64,000 nt of DNA from Deltaproteobacteria bacterium (GTDB lineage Bacteria; Myxococcota_A; UBA9042). Under the pieces are notes generated by a model that was not told where the DNA came from, ran no database searches, and saw only the letters and a program-made list of their open reading frames with translations. The stretch is from the NCBI GenBank assembly GCA_020632665.1, contig JACKFC010000005.1, positions 7,915 to 71,914 on the forward strand, written 5' to 3'. Shown piece by piece: positions 35,184 through 44,762 of the stretch. Position 1 is the first letter of the stretch. Each line of letters begins with the position of its first letter. Position numbers and translations under genes: made by a program.

Positions 35184-36665
35184 ATGCCCGACGATCCCCG
35201 CACCGCCGCCGCTTCCCCGCGGGTCGCAGGCCTTCACCCGCTCGATCCCGCTGCGCTGCTCGCCATCTACGGCGAGGCGCGGGTGGCGCCGCCGGCCCTG
35301 GTCACCGCCGATCGCTTCGCCGCCCGCCGCGAGCGGTTGCGCGCGCTCTGCGGCGACGACGCCGTCATCATCGTCCCGGGCGCGGCCATGGTCGGCCGCA
35401 ACAGCGACGTCGAATACGACTTCCGCCAGGGCAGCGACTTCCTCTACCTCACCGGCTTCGACGAGCCCGACGCCCTCGCCGTGCTGCGCGGTGGCGAGGG
35501 GCCGGGGCTGGTGCTCTTCGTCCGGCCCCGCGATCCCGCCGCCGAGACCTGGACCGGCCGCCGCGCCGGCCTCGAAGGTGCGAAAGAGCGATTCGGCGCC
35601 GACGCGGCGTTCGATATCGCCGAGCTGGGCAAGCATCTGCCGGCGCTGCTCGAGGGCGCCGGGACGGTCTATTGGACGCTCGGCCAGCACACAGCGCTCG
35701 ACGCCGAGGTGATTCGCGCGGCGCAGCAGCATTGGCGCGCGCCGCGGGGCAACGCCCGTGGCCCGGATTGCATCGTCGACCTGCGCGCCGTGCTGCACGA
35801 GGTGCGGCTGCGCAAATCCGAGGAGGAGATCGTCGCCCTACGCGCCGCCGGCCGCCTCTCGGCCGAGGGCCACCACGAGGCGATGCGGGTCGCCGGCCCG
35901 GGCGTCTGGGAGTACCAGGTGCAGGCCGCGATGGAGCTGGTCTTCCGCCTCGGCGGCTCACCCCGCAACGGCTACCCCAGCATCGTCGCCGGCGGCGACA
36001 ACGCCACGATCCTGCACTACAACACCAACCGGATGCGGATCCCCGAGGGCGGCTTGGTGCTCGTCGATGCCGGCGCGGAGATCGGCTACCACACCGCCGA
36101 CATCACCCGCACCTTCCCGGCCTCCGGCCGCTTCTCCGCGGCGCAGCGTGCGGTCTACGACGTCGTCCTGGCCGCCGAGATCGCCGCCATCGACGTGACC
36201 CGTCCCGGCGAGCCCTACCAGCGCGCGCACGACGTCGCGCTGCGGGTGCTGACCGAGGGCTTGGTCGACCTCGGCGTGCTGCAGGGCAGCGTCGACGGGT
36301 TGATCGAGCAGCAGGCGTACAAGCCCTATTTCATGCACCGCACCGGCCACTGGCTGGGCATGGACGTGCACGACGTCGGTCTCTACAGCGCCGATGGGCA
36401 GCCGCGCCCGCTCGAGCCCGGGATGGTGACCACCGTCGAGCCGGGGCTCTACTTCCCCATCGACGACGAGGGCATCGCCGCCGAGCTGCGCGGCATCGGC
36501 ATCCGGATCGAGGACGACGTGCTCGTCACCGAGGATGGCTACGACGTGCTGACCGAAGATTGCGTCAAGGATCCCGACGCGGTCGAGGCGATGTGCGGGG
36601 AAGCGCCGCGCTGGGTCCGAATTCTTGACGCCGGATCGCCCCGCTCTAGCCTCGACCCGGGCTGA
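35184..36665 (+). CDS. pepP: Xaa-Pro aminopeptidase (M24B)
   Basis: FRQGSDFLYLTGF, ILHYNTN, VDAGAEIGYHTADITRTFP, HRTGHWLGMDVHD, EPGLY, GIRIEDD. Start taken at MPDDPRT; the track start at 35115 is possible. Confidence 0.9.
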   Translation: MPDDPRTAAASPRVAGLHPLDPAALLAIYGEARVAPPALVTADRFAARRERLRALCGDDAVIIVPGAAMVGRNSDVEYDFRQGSDFLYLTGFDEPDALAVLRGGEGPGLVLFVRPRDPAAETWTGRRAGLEGAKERFGADAAFDIAELGKHLPALLEGAGTVYWTLGQHTALDAEVIRAAQQHWRAPRGNARGPDCIVDLRAVLHEVRLRKSEEEIVALRAAGRLSAEGHHEAMRVAGPGVWEYQVQAAMELVFRLGGSPRNGYPSIVAGGDNATILHYNTNRMRIPEGGLVLVDAGAEIGYHTADITRTFPASGRFSAAQRAVYDVVLAAEIAAIDVTRPGEPYQRAHDVALRVLTEGLVDLGVLQGSVDGLIEQQAYKPYFMHRTGHWLGMDVHDVGLYSADGQPRPLEPGMVTTVEPGLYFPIDDEGIAAELRGIGIRIEDDVLVTEDGYDVLTEDCVKDPDAVEAMCGEAPRWVRILDAGSPRSSLDPG

Positions 36666-36680
36666 TGCACGGAGGCGACG

Positions 36681-38423
36681 ATGGCGGCGGGGCAATCGAC
36701 GGAAGCGCGTCGCCTCGGCGCATTCGTCACGGGTGAAAGGATCGCAGCGGGCGGCATGGCTGCCGTCTACGCAGCGACCACCGCCGACGCCGGCCACGCG
36801 CTCGCCGGGCGCGCGCTCGCACTCAAGATCCTGCACGACCACCTCGCCGACGATACGGACTTCGTGCGGATGTTCCGCGACGAGGGCCGCATCGCGATGC
36901 AACTCGACCACCCGAACGTGGTGCGCGTACACGAGGTCGGCGAAGACGGCGGCACCCACTTCCTCGTCATGGACCGCGTCGACGGCCGCAACCTGGCCCG
37001 GGTGCTGGAGTCGCTCGGTGGCGCGCGGAAGCAGGTCGCGCGGGCCGCCGCCGTCGCGATCCTGAAGGCCAACCTCGAGGCGCTGGCCTATGTTCACGGG
37101 CTGCAGGGCCGCGACGGTCGACCGCTCGGCCTGGTGCACCGCGATGTCAGCCCGCACAACATCTTGATCGCCGATGACGAGCGGGTGCTCCTGACCGATT
37201 TCGGCATCGCCCGCGGCGAGCACCGCAGCGATCGGACCCGCACCGGCACCATCAAGGGCAAGCTGCACTATATGTCGCCCGAGCAGGCGCGGGGCAGCCG
37301 GGTCGACGCCCGCTCCGACCTCTATTCGCTCGGCGTGGTCGCCTACGAGTTGCTGACCAACCGTGTCCTGCTGGGCTCCGAGGCGACGCTGGCGCTGCAG
37401 CAGCGGGTCGCCACCGGCCGGATCGAGCTCGACGACAAGGCGCTCTCGCGGCTGCCGGAGGACCTGCGCGCGTGGCTGGTGCGATCGTTGGCGCCGGAAC
37501 GCGACGCCCGCTTCCCCGACGCGACCGCGATGCTCGAGGCGTTGCTCGCGACGCGCGCCGCCGCCTCGGCCCGCTTCAAGCCCGGGACGCTGGCGCGGCT
37601 GCTCGACGACGCGAAGGCGCAGGCCGCGCTGCCGAAGCCGCAGCTGCTCTTCCCCGAGCAGGACCTCTCCCGGCCCCGCACCAGCGAGCCGGACGTGCCG
37701 CTGCCCGAGGGGATGGTGCTGACGCCGCAACGGCCGATCAGCGGCGTCTTCGCCCGCGCCTCCGAGGTGCGACGCGCGGTCGAGCGTCGCAAGGTCGTCG
37801 AGCTCCGCCCGGCCGGCAGCCCGAGCCGCATCGGCCGCAACCCGATCCACGACGCCGAGGCCAAAGACCGCCGCTCGCGTCGCAAGAGCCGTCGCGATCG
37901 CTCCGCCGAGCTCGATCACGACGCCGCCGCCGTCGAGCGCTCGCGGGTCATCGCGCTGCAGGCCGCCGGCCTCGCCCCCGACGATCCGGACCTACGGCCG
38001 GCCAACGACGAGGCCACCGTCGACGCCAAGACGCTCGCCACCGTGACCCGGCTGCGGGTCGAAAAGGAGCGGCGGGTCGCTGTCGCCGGCATCGTCGCCT
38101 GGAGCTGCGTCGCCGTGCTGCTCTTCGCCACCCTGCTCGAAGCCTGGAACGCGCGGCTCGACCTGCCCGAAGTCGACGAGCGCTCGTTCGTCGCGCTGCG
38201 CGACCAGATCGTCAGCGGCGCCGTCTCTCGCTTCGGCGGCGAGCCCAGCGCCAGCCCCGCGGTCGATGCGGTGGCCAGCCGTGGCCGTGGGCCGGCCGGC
38301 GGTGCCGACGCGGTCGTCGCGCCGGGTGCTGCCGCTATCGCCTTGCGGCCGCGGGTGCCGGCGCCTGCGCCGATCCGCAACGACCGCTTCCTGCCGCGCG
38401 ACGCCCCGATTCCCGCGCCCTGA
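36681..38423 (+). CDS. Hanks-type Ser/Thr protein kinase, single-pass membrane
   Basis: G-loop/Lys region (GGMAAVYAA...ALKIL), HRDVSPHNIL, TDFGIAR, YMSPEQ. TM segment VAGIVAWSCVAVLLFATLL. Confidence 0.9.
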   Translation: MAAGQSTEARRLGAFVTGERIAAGGMAAVYAATTADAGHALAGRALALKILHDHLADDTDFVRMFRDEGRIAMQLDHPNVVRVHEVGEDGGTHFLVMDRVDGRNLARVLESLGGARKQVARAAAVAILKANLEALAYVHGLQGRDGRPLGLVHRDVSPHNILIADDERVLLTDFGIARGEHRSDRTRTGTIKGKLHYMSPEQARGSRVDARSDLYSLGVVAYELLTNRVLLGSEATLALQQRVATGRIELDDKALSRLPEDLRAWLVRSLAPERDARFPDATAMLEALLATRAAASARFKPGTLARLLDDAKAQAALPKPQLLFPEQDLSRPRTSEPDVPLPEGMVLTPQRPISGVFARASEVRRAVERRKVVELRPAGSPSRIGRNPIHDAEAKDRRSRRKSRRDRSAELDHDAAAVERSRVIALQAAGLAPDDPDLRPANDEATVDAKTLATVTRLRVEKERRVAVAGIVAWSCVAVLLFATLLEAWNARLDLPEVDERSFVALRDQIVSGAVSRFGGEPSASPAVDAVASRGRGPAGGADAVVAPGAAAIALRPRVPAPAPIRNDRFLPRDAPIPAP

Positions 38424-38506
38424 AGCTGCTTGTCAGCACCGATCTGCTGGGCTAGGTTCCGCCGCCCTGCAGGCGCCCGCGGACGGCGCGAACGGAGAGC
38501 AGCCCC

Positions 38507-39058
38507 ATGGCCGACGACAAGCAGAACGAGCTCGAGAACGCCCCCGCCGAGGCCGACGCCGCCGCCGAAGCGCGCAGCGAAGAGGAAGACGGCAAGGAGG
38601 CCATCGAGGCCCTGCTCTCGCTCTCGCCCCGCCTCTTCGGCCGGATGTGCCGCGGCATCCCGATGCGCACCTTCCTGGCCGAGCTCTCGCGCCTGGACCG
38701 CTCCGTCTACTTCCGCCACTTCAAGGGCTACCGCGCGATGAAGATCACCGCGAAGCACCTCGAGGACGTCCTGCGTCGCGAGTTCGCCCGCGGCAACGGC
38801 CTGCTCGCGCAGTTGGTCATCTACAACTGGGACGAGAACCAGTTCCGCCTCTACGGTGACCTGCAGAAGCACGTCAAGGCGATCAACGAGGACGTCGAGG
38901 CGATCGAGAAGATCACCGACGAAGAGGCCAACCCGATCTTCGACGACCTCGAGGCGCACTACGACCGCCGCGACGTCGCCGTCGGCGCGATCATCAACGG
39001 CGTCCGGGTCAGCGCCGAGTACAAGCAGGCCCGCTGGGGCGATCTGCTCGCCGGCTAG
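38507..39058 (+). CDS. Hypothetical protein (acidic N-terminus, 183 aa)
   Basis: The composition looks like a real protein (…FLAELSRLDRSVYFRHFKGYRAMKITAKHLEDVLRREF…). GC3-biased codons. No family recognised. Confidence 0.7.
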   Translation: MADDKQNELENAPAEADAAAEARSEEEDGKEAIEALLSLSPRLFGRMCRGIPMRTFLAELSRLDRSVYFRHFKGYRAMKITAKHLEDVLRREFARGNGLLAQLVIYNWDENQFRLYGDLQKHVKAINEDVEAIEKITDEEANPIFDDLEAHYDRRDVAVGAIINGVRVSAEYKQARWGDLLAG

Positions 39059-39076
39059 TCCCCCGACTCCGAGGAT

Positions 39077-39105
39077 TTGCCGAACCAAGGCTGCGCGCAT
39101 ATACT
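39077..39105 (+). promoter_or_regulatory. Sigma-70-like promoter candidate
   Basis: TTGCCG (39077-39082), 17 nt spacer, TATACT (39100-39105). It lies 32 nt upstream of the ATG at 39137, which has GGAG 6 nt upstream. Confidence 0.4.
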
Positions 39106-39136
39106 TTCGACGCGAAGTTTCTTCGCTCGGAGTAGA

Positions 39137-40036
39137 ATGCATTCGTTTCGCACCCTTTTCGTCCTCGCCTCGATCGTCACCTTCACGCTCTCGGCAGATC
39201 CCGCCGCGGCCAAATCGCCGCCACAGCGCGGCGAGGTCTTGTTGCTCGGGTCGAGCTCGGTCTTCGGCGCCTTCGGCCATCGCGTCGAGCGCGAGCTCGA
39301 AGAGCGCGGCTACGAAGTCACGGTCCACGGCCGCAGCAGCAGCGGCTTCGCACGGCCCGACTTCTTCGATTGGCAGGCCAAGGTCGGCACGATCCCGGTC
39401 AGCCGGCAGACCCGCGCTGCCATCGTCTACCTCGGTGGCAACGACGCCCAGGGCTTCCGCCTGCGCAGCCAGGCCGAGCGCCGCAAATACAAGGGTCGCG
39501 ACCTCTGGTTGCGTTGGAAGCACCGCAACTGGGCCCGCGCCTACGCCGAACGGGTCCGCGTCTTCGGCCGCAAATTGTGCAGCCGCGGCGTGCGGCGTGT
39601 CGTCTTCGTCACACCTGCCGACGTCCGTGACGCGTGGCTGCGCGGACGCCTGCAGCGGATCCGTTCCGCCATTCGCAAAGGTGCCAAGGGCGTGCCATGC
39701 GCCAAGGTCATCAGCGCCGCCGGTGACGCTGCGGCCCTCGCCGGCGACCGGCGGCGGCCCAAGCGCAAGCGGCTGCGCGGCCACGACGGCGCACACATGA
39801 CCCGGCTCGGCGCCGACCGGCTGTGGAAGCGCATCGGCAAGCGGCTCGTCGCCGCGATCAAGGTCAAGGGCGCGCGGTCTTCGCGCCGAAGTGCGCACGC
39901 AGCGCGCTCGTCCACCACGGGTGCAATGGCGCCCAGGCCCGCTGCCAACCATGCCGCCCACCGCGCACGACGCGGCGCTCGACCCGACGCTTCGCGCGGC
40001 GCAGCGCGCGGAAGAGCAGCGCACCACCCTCCTTGA
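39137..40036 (+). CDS. SGNH/GDSL-type hydrolase, exported
   Basis: Signal (FRTLFVLASIVTFTLSADPAAA). Block I LLLGSSS, block III YLGGND, block V DGAHMT. The last ~55 codons lose the GC3 bias and overlap the convergent esterase gene. Confidence 0.75.
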   Translation: MHSFRTLFVLASIVTFTLSADPAAAKSPPQRGEVLLLGSSSVFGAFGHRVERELEERGYEVTVHGRSSSGFARPDFFDWQAKVGTIPVSRQTRAAIVYLGGNDAQGFRLRSQAERRKYKGRDLWLRWKHRNWARAYAERVRVFGRKLCSRGVRRVVFVTPADVRDAWLRGRLQRIRSAIRKGAKGVPCAKVISAAGDAAALAGDRRRPKRKRLRGHDGAHMTRLGADRLWKRIGKRLVAAIKVKGARSSRRSAHAARSSTTGAMAPRPAANHAAHRARRGARPDASRGAARGRAAHHPP

Positions 40037-40772
40037 ATTTGCGCGCCTCCCGATCTCCCCAGGCGAGCAGGAAGCGGACGCCGGCGCCGGCCCCGGCGCG
40101 AACCCGCGCGATCGGGTTGATCTCTGCGAGCTTGCTGGCCGATGCGGGGGCGCCGACGACGTTGACGTAGCAGGCGCGCATCGGCGCATCGGCGACGGCG
40201 ATGGCGAGGTCCGTCGCGGAGAGCGCGACCACCATGCCGAAGCGCGCCGGCTCTCGGAGGGCCAGCGAGAGCGCGCCGAAGCCGCCCATCGACGCGCCGA
40301 CGATGGCGGCGTGCTGCGGTCCCTCCGCCAGCGGGTAGCGCTGCCGCGCGACGTCCATCAAGCGCAGGACCAGGCTGCCGTAGGGGTGACGACCGTCGAT
40401 CCAATCGGCCCAATAGCCGTTGCCACCGTCGGGCAGCAGGATCAGCGTCGGTGCCAAGCTGCCGGCGCGCATCTCGCTCGCCAGCTGCGGCACCACCGTC
40501 GTCGCCTCGAGCCAGGAGCGCGCACTGCCGCCGAGACCGTGCAGCAGGACCAGGACCTTCCACGGGCCGGGCGGCGCGCCGGGCGGTAGGACCGCGATGG
40601 CCCGCATCGTCATGCCGCTGTCGGGATCGCTGGCCAGCAGCTGCTTCGTTTCGCAATTGCCGACCTGGGTCGCCGGCAGCGGCAAAGGAGCGCCTGGCTG
40701 CGCAGCTGCGGTCGTTGCGAGGGCGAGGCCGAACGCAAGCGCGAGCAGGCGGCTCGCGAAGCGCCCGGGCAT
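39864..40772 (-). CDS. Alpha/beta-hydrolase 'putative esterase' family protein, exported
   Basis: Signal (LLALAFGLALATTAAAQ), LLHGLGGS, nucleophile GASMGGFGA. ATG at 40770-40772 overlaps the upstream TGA (TGATG). Confidence 0.85.
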   Translation of the reverse strand: MPGRFASRLLALAFGLALATTAAAQPGAPLPLPATQVGNCETKQLLASDPDSGMTMRAIAVLPPGAPPGPWKVLVLLHGLGGSARSWLEATTVVPQLASEMRAGSLAPTLILLPDGGNGYWADWIDGRHPYGSLVLRLMDVARQRYPLAEGPQHAAIVGASMGGFGALSLALREPARFGMVVALSATDLAIAVADAPMRACYVNVVGAPASASKLAEINPIARVRAGAGAGVRFLLAWGDREARKFKEGGALLFRALRRAKRRVERRVVRGGRHGWQRAWAPLHPWWTSALRAHFGAKTARP

Positions 40773-42475
40773 CACGTCCCGGGGGCCTGGAAGGTCTTGA
40801 TCAGGGCGCGCAGCAGGTTCATCTCCTTCGGCGACGTGCCGGGCGAGATGCGCATATCGTAAGAGACCGGGTTCTCGTCCCCTTCGCGCTCGCGGATGCG
40901 GACGACTTCGGCCGGGATGATGAAGGGCTTCTTGCCGCCCGTCGGGTCGGGGAAGAGCACCTGCAGCCGCTGGTAGAGCTGCGGCTCGGCCGGCGACGCC
41001 ACGCGCAGCTTGCTCTCGGCCAGGCGCAGCACGACGCCGTCGGATTTCTTCCGCCCGATCTGCAGCTGGACCTGCAGGTCGCAGCGCACCGCGATGTCGA
41101 CGGCGAAGACCTCGGCGATGCGCTTGAGCGCCTCGGAGGGCTCGCGCGTCTGTGGCCGCAGCACCGCGGCCTCGATCGGATCCTCTTCGCCGAGCAGGTC
41201 GTCGCCTTCTGGCTCGTCGGCGACCTCGATCGGCGTCGGCGCCTTGAGCGGCAACGACAGCGTCTCGGCGACCGTCATCCGACGTTGCCGCTTCGGCTTC
41301 TCTGCCGAAACGGGGGTCGGCAGGTCGAGCTCGAGCGTCGGTTCCGGCTCCGGTGCGGCGGTCGCTTGCGCCATCGTCGGCGCGCGGTTGTCGGTGCCGA
41401 GCTGCACCGGATCGGCGAAGGGCACCTCGAGTCCGACCGTGTTGACGATGATCGGCTCGTCCATATCGAACGATTCACTGTCGACGATCGAGCGCTCGAG
41501 CTCGATGGCGTCGTCGACCTTGGCCATGAGCTGGGAGACCTGGTCGTTCGAGAGCTCACCGGTCTCGAAGGCGACGACCGGCATCGCGCCGTCGTCGTCG
41601 TCGTCGGTGATGGCCGACATCATCCGGGTCGGCTCGAGCTCGTCCTCCTCCTCGCCCTGCAGGTTGGGGCCGGTGTCGAAGAGCGAGGGCGGCGGCTCGG
41701 TCGTGCCGAGATTCGGCATCGACGGGCGGCTGGGCATGCGGGGCTGCTCGACCGCGCGCAGGGCCTCACGGAACGCCGCGTCGAGGCCTCCGCCGGCGAG
41801 GAATCCGGCCGCGACGTCGCTGTTCAGCGTCCGTTCCGGGTTGGTGGCGACCGCGAACTCCTCATCGAAGCCCGGATCCTCGCCGCCGACGACCCAATTG
41901 CTTGCCGGCACGGTCTCGCGTTGCGGCCTGCGCCCCTGTCCGGGCGAGGTCGAGGTGCCCTCGCGCTTGCGCAGCGCGGCGATGGCGTTGCGGTCGATCA
42001 CCTGTGAGGGCAGGTCGAGGTCGTCGGTGATGGCGGGTGGGGCCGTCTCCATGGTCCGACGCAAATCCGGCGTGGCGCGCGTGCCGCCGTCCGGCACGTG
42101 GTAGACGAAGCGCTTGACCGTCGGCTGCTCGCGGCTCTGCCCGATGTGGACCGAACCGCCGCGGGCGATGGACCAGCTCTCGATGAAGTCGCGCAGCCGA
42201 CTGGCCGAGCAGGTCGTGCCGACGCGGAGCAGGTCGACCTCGGCGCGGCGCTCGCCCCAGCCGGTATCGTCGACGCCGACGCAGATGCCGTCGAGTGTGA
42301 CGGCCTCTTCCTCGGTTTCACCCTCGACGCGGAAGGCGATGTCTTCGCCGATCTCGGGCAGGCGCAGCGCCGTGAGAACCGCGGATTGGCCGTTGAGTTC
42401 GACCAACGTGCCGATGGTCCGCTGGCCAGACCACTCGACCGTTACGGTGGTGTCGATGGTGTCGATCACGCTCAA
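40772..42475 (-). CDS. Hypothetical protein with N- and C-terminal PilZ-like beta-barrels and acidic disordered centre
   Basis: The ends resemble PilZ barrels (GTLVELNGQSAVLT...IGEDIAFRV; DGVVLRLAESKLRV...YQRLQVLF) but lack RxxxR and D/NxSxxG. The centre is rich in D/E/P/T. Confidence 0.7.
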   Translation of the reverse strand: MSVIDTIDTTVTVEWSGQRTIGTLVELNGQSAVLTALRLPEIGEDIAFRVEGETEEEAVTLDGICVGVDDTGWGERRAEVDLLRVGTTCSASRLRDFIESWSIARGGSVHIGQSREQPTVKRFVYHVPDGGTRATPDLRRTMETAPPAITDDLDLPSQVIDRNAIAALRKREGTSTSPGQGRRPQRETVPASNWVVGGEDPGFDEEFAVATNPERTLNSDVAAGFLAGGGLDAAFREALRAVEQPRMPSRPSMPNLGTTEPPPSLFDTGPNLQGEEEDELEPTRMMSAITDDDDDGAMPVVAFETGELSNDQVSQLMAKVDDAIELERSIVDSESFDMDEPIIVNTVGLEVPFADPVQLGTDNRAPTMAQATAAPEPEPTLELDLPTPVSAEKPKRQRRMTVAETLSLPLKAPTPIEVADEPEGDDLLGEEDPIEAAVLRPQTREPSEALKRIAEVFAVDIAVRCDLQVQLQIGRKKSDGVVLRLAESKLRVASPAEPQLYQRLQVLFPDPTGGKKPFIIPAEVVRIREREGDENPVSYDMRISPGTSPKEMNLLRALIKTFQAPGT

Positions 42476-42487
42476 GCGGACCTCTCG

Positions 42488-43267
42488 CTAGCCACCGCAG
42501 TAGCCTGCCGTCGGGCTACCGTAGAGCTTGCTGCAGCCCTCGGTCACGCCGTCGCATGCCGGATTGCCACCACCCTGCCGGCAGATCTTGCGGCAGATGC
42601 CGTCTTGCCCGGCAGATTTGCCGATGCACGCGAAGCCTGGCAGGCAGCTGTTGTCCTCGGCGCACTTCTCGCCGCCGTCGACCGCGCCTTTGGCCAGGCA
42701 GCCGAAGCCCTTCGGCGTGGCGTAGCAGGCCAGCGAAGCGTCCTGGCAGTCCTGGGTCAGCGGGTCGCAGGCGATCAGGTTGTCGCCGCCCATATCGCAG
42801 ACCTTGCCCTTGCTGCTCTGGAGCTGGCTGCAGAGCTGCGAGGCGCAATGCAGGTCGCTGACGCAGAAGTTGGCGCAGCGCGAGGGGCCGTTCTGCGCCG
42901 CGACGCAGATGCCGACCTTGCAGCCCTTGCCGTCGTCGCAATCCTCGCCCAGCGCATGCTCGCCGTCGTCGGTGCAGGTGATCAGGTCGCCGTCGTAGAT
43001 GCAATGCTGGCCGGTGGGGCAGCCGGTATTCTTGATCGGATGGCAAGCGACGCCGCTTCCCGAGGTGTCGCTGCCGGTCGTCGTATCCGAGCTGCTGCCG
43101 TCGGTGCCGCCGCCCGTCGCGTCGGAGCCGCCGCCCGTGCTGTCGGAGCCGGTCGCCGCGCCGCTGTCCTGGGTGGTCGAGCTGCTGCCGCCGTCCTCAT
43201 TGCCGCACCCGGCGAGCAGCGCGATGACGCAGCACGACGCGACGAATAGGGCAGGGCGGCCAACCAT
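42488..43267 (-). CDS. Cysteine-rich lipoprotein
   Basis: MVGRPALFVASCCVIALLAGC lipobox. Ser/Gly/Thr/Asp linker, then ~26 Cys in repeated ...C..G..C...C... spacing. Alternative ATG at 43288. Confidence 0.75.
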   Translation of the reverse strand: MVGRPALFVASCCVIALLAGCGNEDGGSSSTTQDSGAATGSDSTGGGSDATGGGTDGSSSDTTTGSDTSGSGVACHPIKNTGCPTGQHCIYDGDLITCTDDGEHALGEDCDDGKGCKVGICVAAQNGPSRCANFCVSDLHCASQLCSQLQSSKGKVCDMGGDNLIACDPLTQDCQDASLACYATPKGFGCLAKGAVDGGEKCAEDNSCLPGFACIGKSAGQDGICRKICRQGGGNPACDGVTEGCSKLYGSPTAGYCGG

Positions 43268-43358
43268 CGATGCGCTCCAACACGACATTCCGGGCTCCTT
43301 CGCGCGCGGCGCGCACCGCCTCTGTGTACCACGTCCACGCTTCCTCACAAAAGACCGG

Positions 43359-44762
43359 TCAGAAGCGAGCGCCGAAGTGCGCGGCGGCGTGGAAGATGCT
43401 GCCGCCGTGGTCGAGATCGCCGACAGGGTCGTTGGGATCGCGGCGGTACACGGCGCGCCGCGGCAGGATCTGCGCCTGTGCGCCGAGGCGTAGGTAAAAA
43501 GCGTGACGCAGCAGCGTCGCGTCCTCGCTGCGGATGCGGATCCGCTCGCCGAAACCGATTTCGCAGCCGAGGCCGAGGGCGTGGACGTCGTTGTCGAGCT
43601 GGCTCGTCAGGCCGACGGCGTAGGGGACCGGCGACGGGCGGTAGCTGTAGCCGGTGCGCAGCGCCAGCCACGGCCGGGCCCACCACTCGGCGCCGAGCGA
43701 CGGGGCCGCGGTGTCGGAGAAGCCGGTCGCTGCTTCCCGCTGCGGCCGGACGTCGGCGAGGCCGTCGAGACCGAGGCGGCCGACGGCGCCACCGCCGACG
43801 TCGATGGCGAGGGTCGGGGAGGGGTCGGGCGCACGGGACCAGAGCGCGATCCGCAGGTTCAGGCCGACCTGCCAGCGGGCGTCGGCGCTGCGCCACGAGC
43901 CGCCGATCTCCAAGCTGGTCGGGGAGTAGAGCGTATTCTGCGCGACCAGCAGGTCGGCCTCGGCGAGCGCGCCCAGGCGCAGCCGCGAGGGGATGCGGTA
44001 GCGCAGCGAGACCTCCTGCCGAACGCCGACGCCGAAGCGCAGGCCGAGCCCCGGATGCACCGTGACGCCCGCGGTCATGCGGGCGGTCGGCTGCAACGAG
44101 ATCGCCACCGACGCCGGCTCGATGCGGCCGTTGATCGGTTCGAGGTCGAGGTCCAGCGCGCTGCCCAACGCCGCCAGGACCTGCACGCCGACGCCGGCGC
44201 GCAGCCAATCGGTGATGCGGACGCCGACGGCCAACAAGATGCTCAGCCGATCCGGCAGGCTCTCGTAGAGCACGTAATGCGGCTGGGCGGCGTCGGGACC
44301 GGAGAGCCGGATCAGCCGCTGCGCCGGCAGGGTCAGCAGCGCCCCGAAGGCGAGGCGCCCGCCCAGGACGCGGCGGTGGTGCGCGTTCCAGCCGAGCTGC
44401 AGGTGCTGCCCGGATCGCGGCAGAAGGGGGCCATGGCGCGCCGTCGTGCCGCCCCAGAGCGAGCGGCAGCGATCCGACGCGAGTGTGCAGACCGGTCGCG
44501 CCAAATGGATGTCCAGGCCGAACGCCGTCGCCGCCCAGCCGATCTGCATCGAGCCGGTCGGCGCGTCGTGCAGCGCGGCGGGATTGTAGAACGCCGCGGC
44601 GGGGCCCTCGGCGACGGCCGCCATCGCGCCGGCCATCGCGACGCCACGCGGATCGGCACCAAAGAGCTCGAAGACCGAGGCCGACGCGTCGTGCGCCGAC
44701 AGCAGCAGCGCCGCCACCAGCAGCGAACGCGCTGCGCTGCGTCTCGCGCCTCGACGCTTCAT
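43359..44762 (-). CDS. FadL/OmpP1/TodX-like outer-membrane beta-barrel protein
   Basis: Signal (SLLVAALLLSAHDASA). N-terminal AAAFYNPAAL motif. Alternating amphipathic strands. C-terminal ...HFGARF ends in Phe. ATGA overlap with the upstream gene (44759-44762). Confidence 0.75.
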   Translation of the reverse strand: MKRRGARRSAARSLLVAALLLSAHDASASVFELFGADPRGVAMAGAMAAVAEGPAAAFYNPAALHDAPTGSMQIGWAATAFGLDIHLARPVCTLASDRCRSLWGGTTARHGPLLPRSGQHLQLGWNAHHRRVLGGRLAFGALLTLPAQRLIRLSGPDAAQPHYVLYESLPDRLSILLAVGVRITDWLRAGVGVQVLAALGSALDLDLEPINGRIEPASVAISLQPTARMTAGVTVHPGLGLRFGVGVRQEVSLRYRIPSRLRLGALAEADLLVAQNTLYSPTSLEIGGSWRSADARWQVGLNLRIALWSRAPDPSPTLAIDVGGGAVGRLGLDGLADVRPQREAATGFSDTAAPSLGAEWWARPWLALRTGYSYRPSPVPYAVGLTSQLDNDVHALGLGCEIGFGERIRIRSEDATLLRHAFYLRLGAQAQILPRRAVYRRDPNDPVGDLDHGGSIFHAAAHFGARF

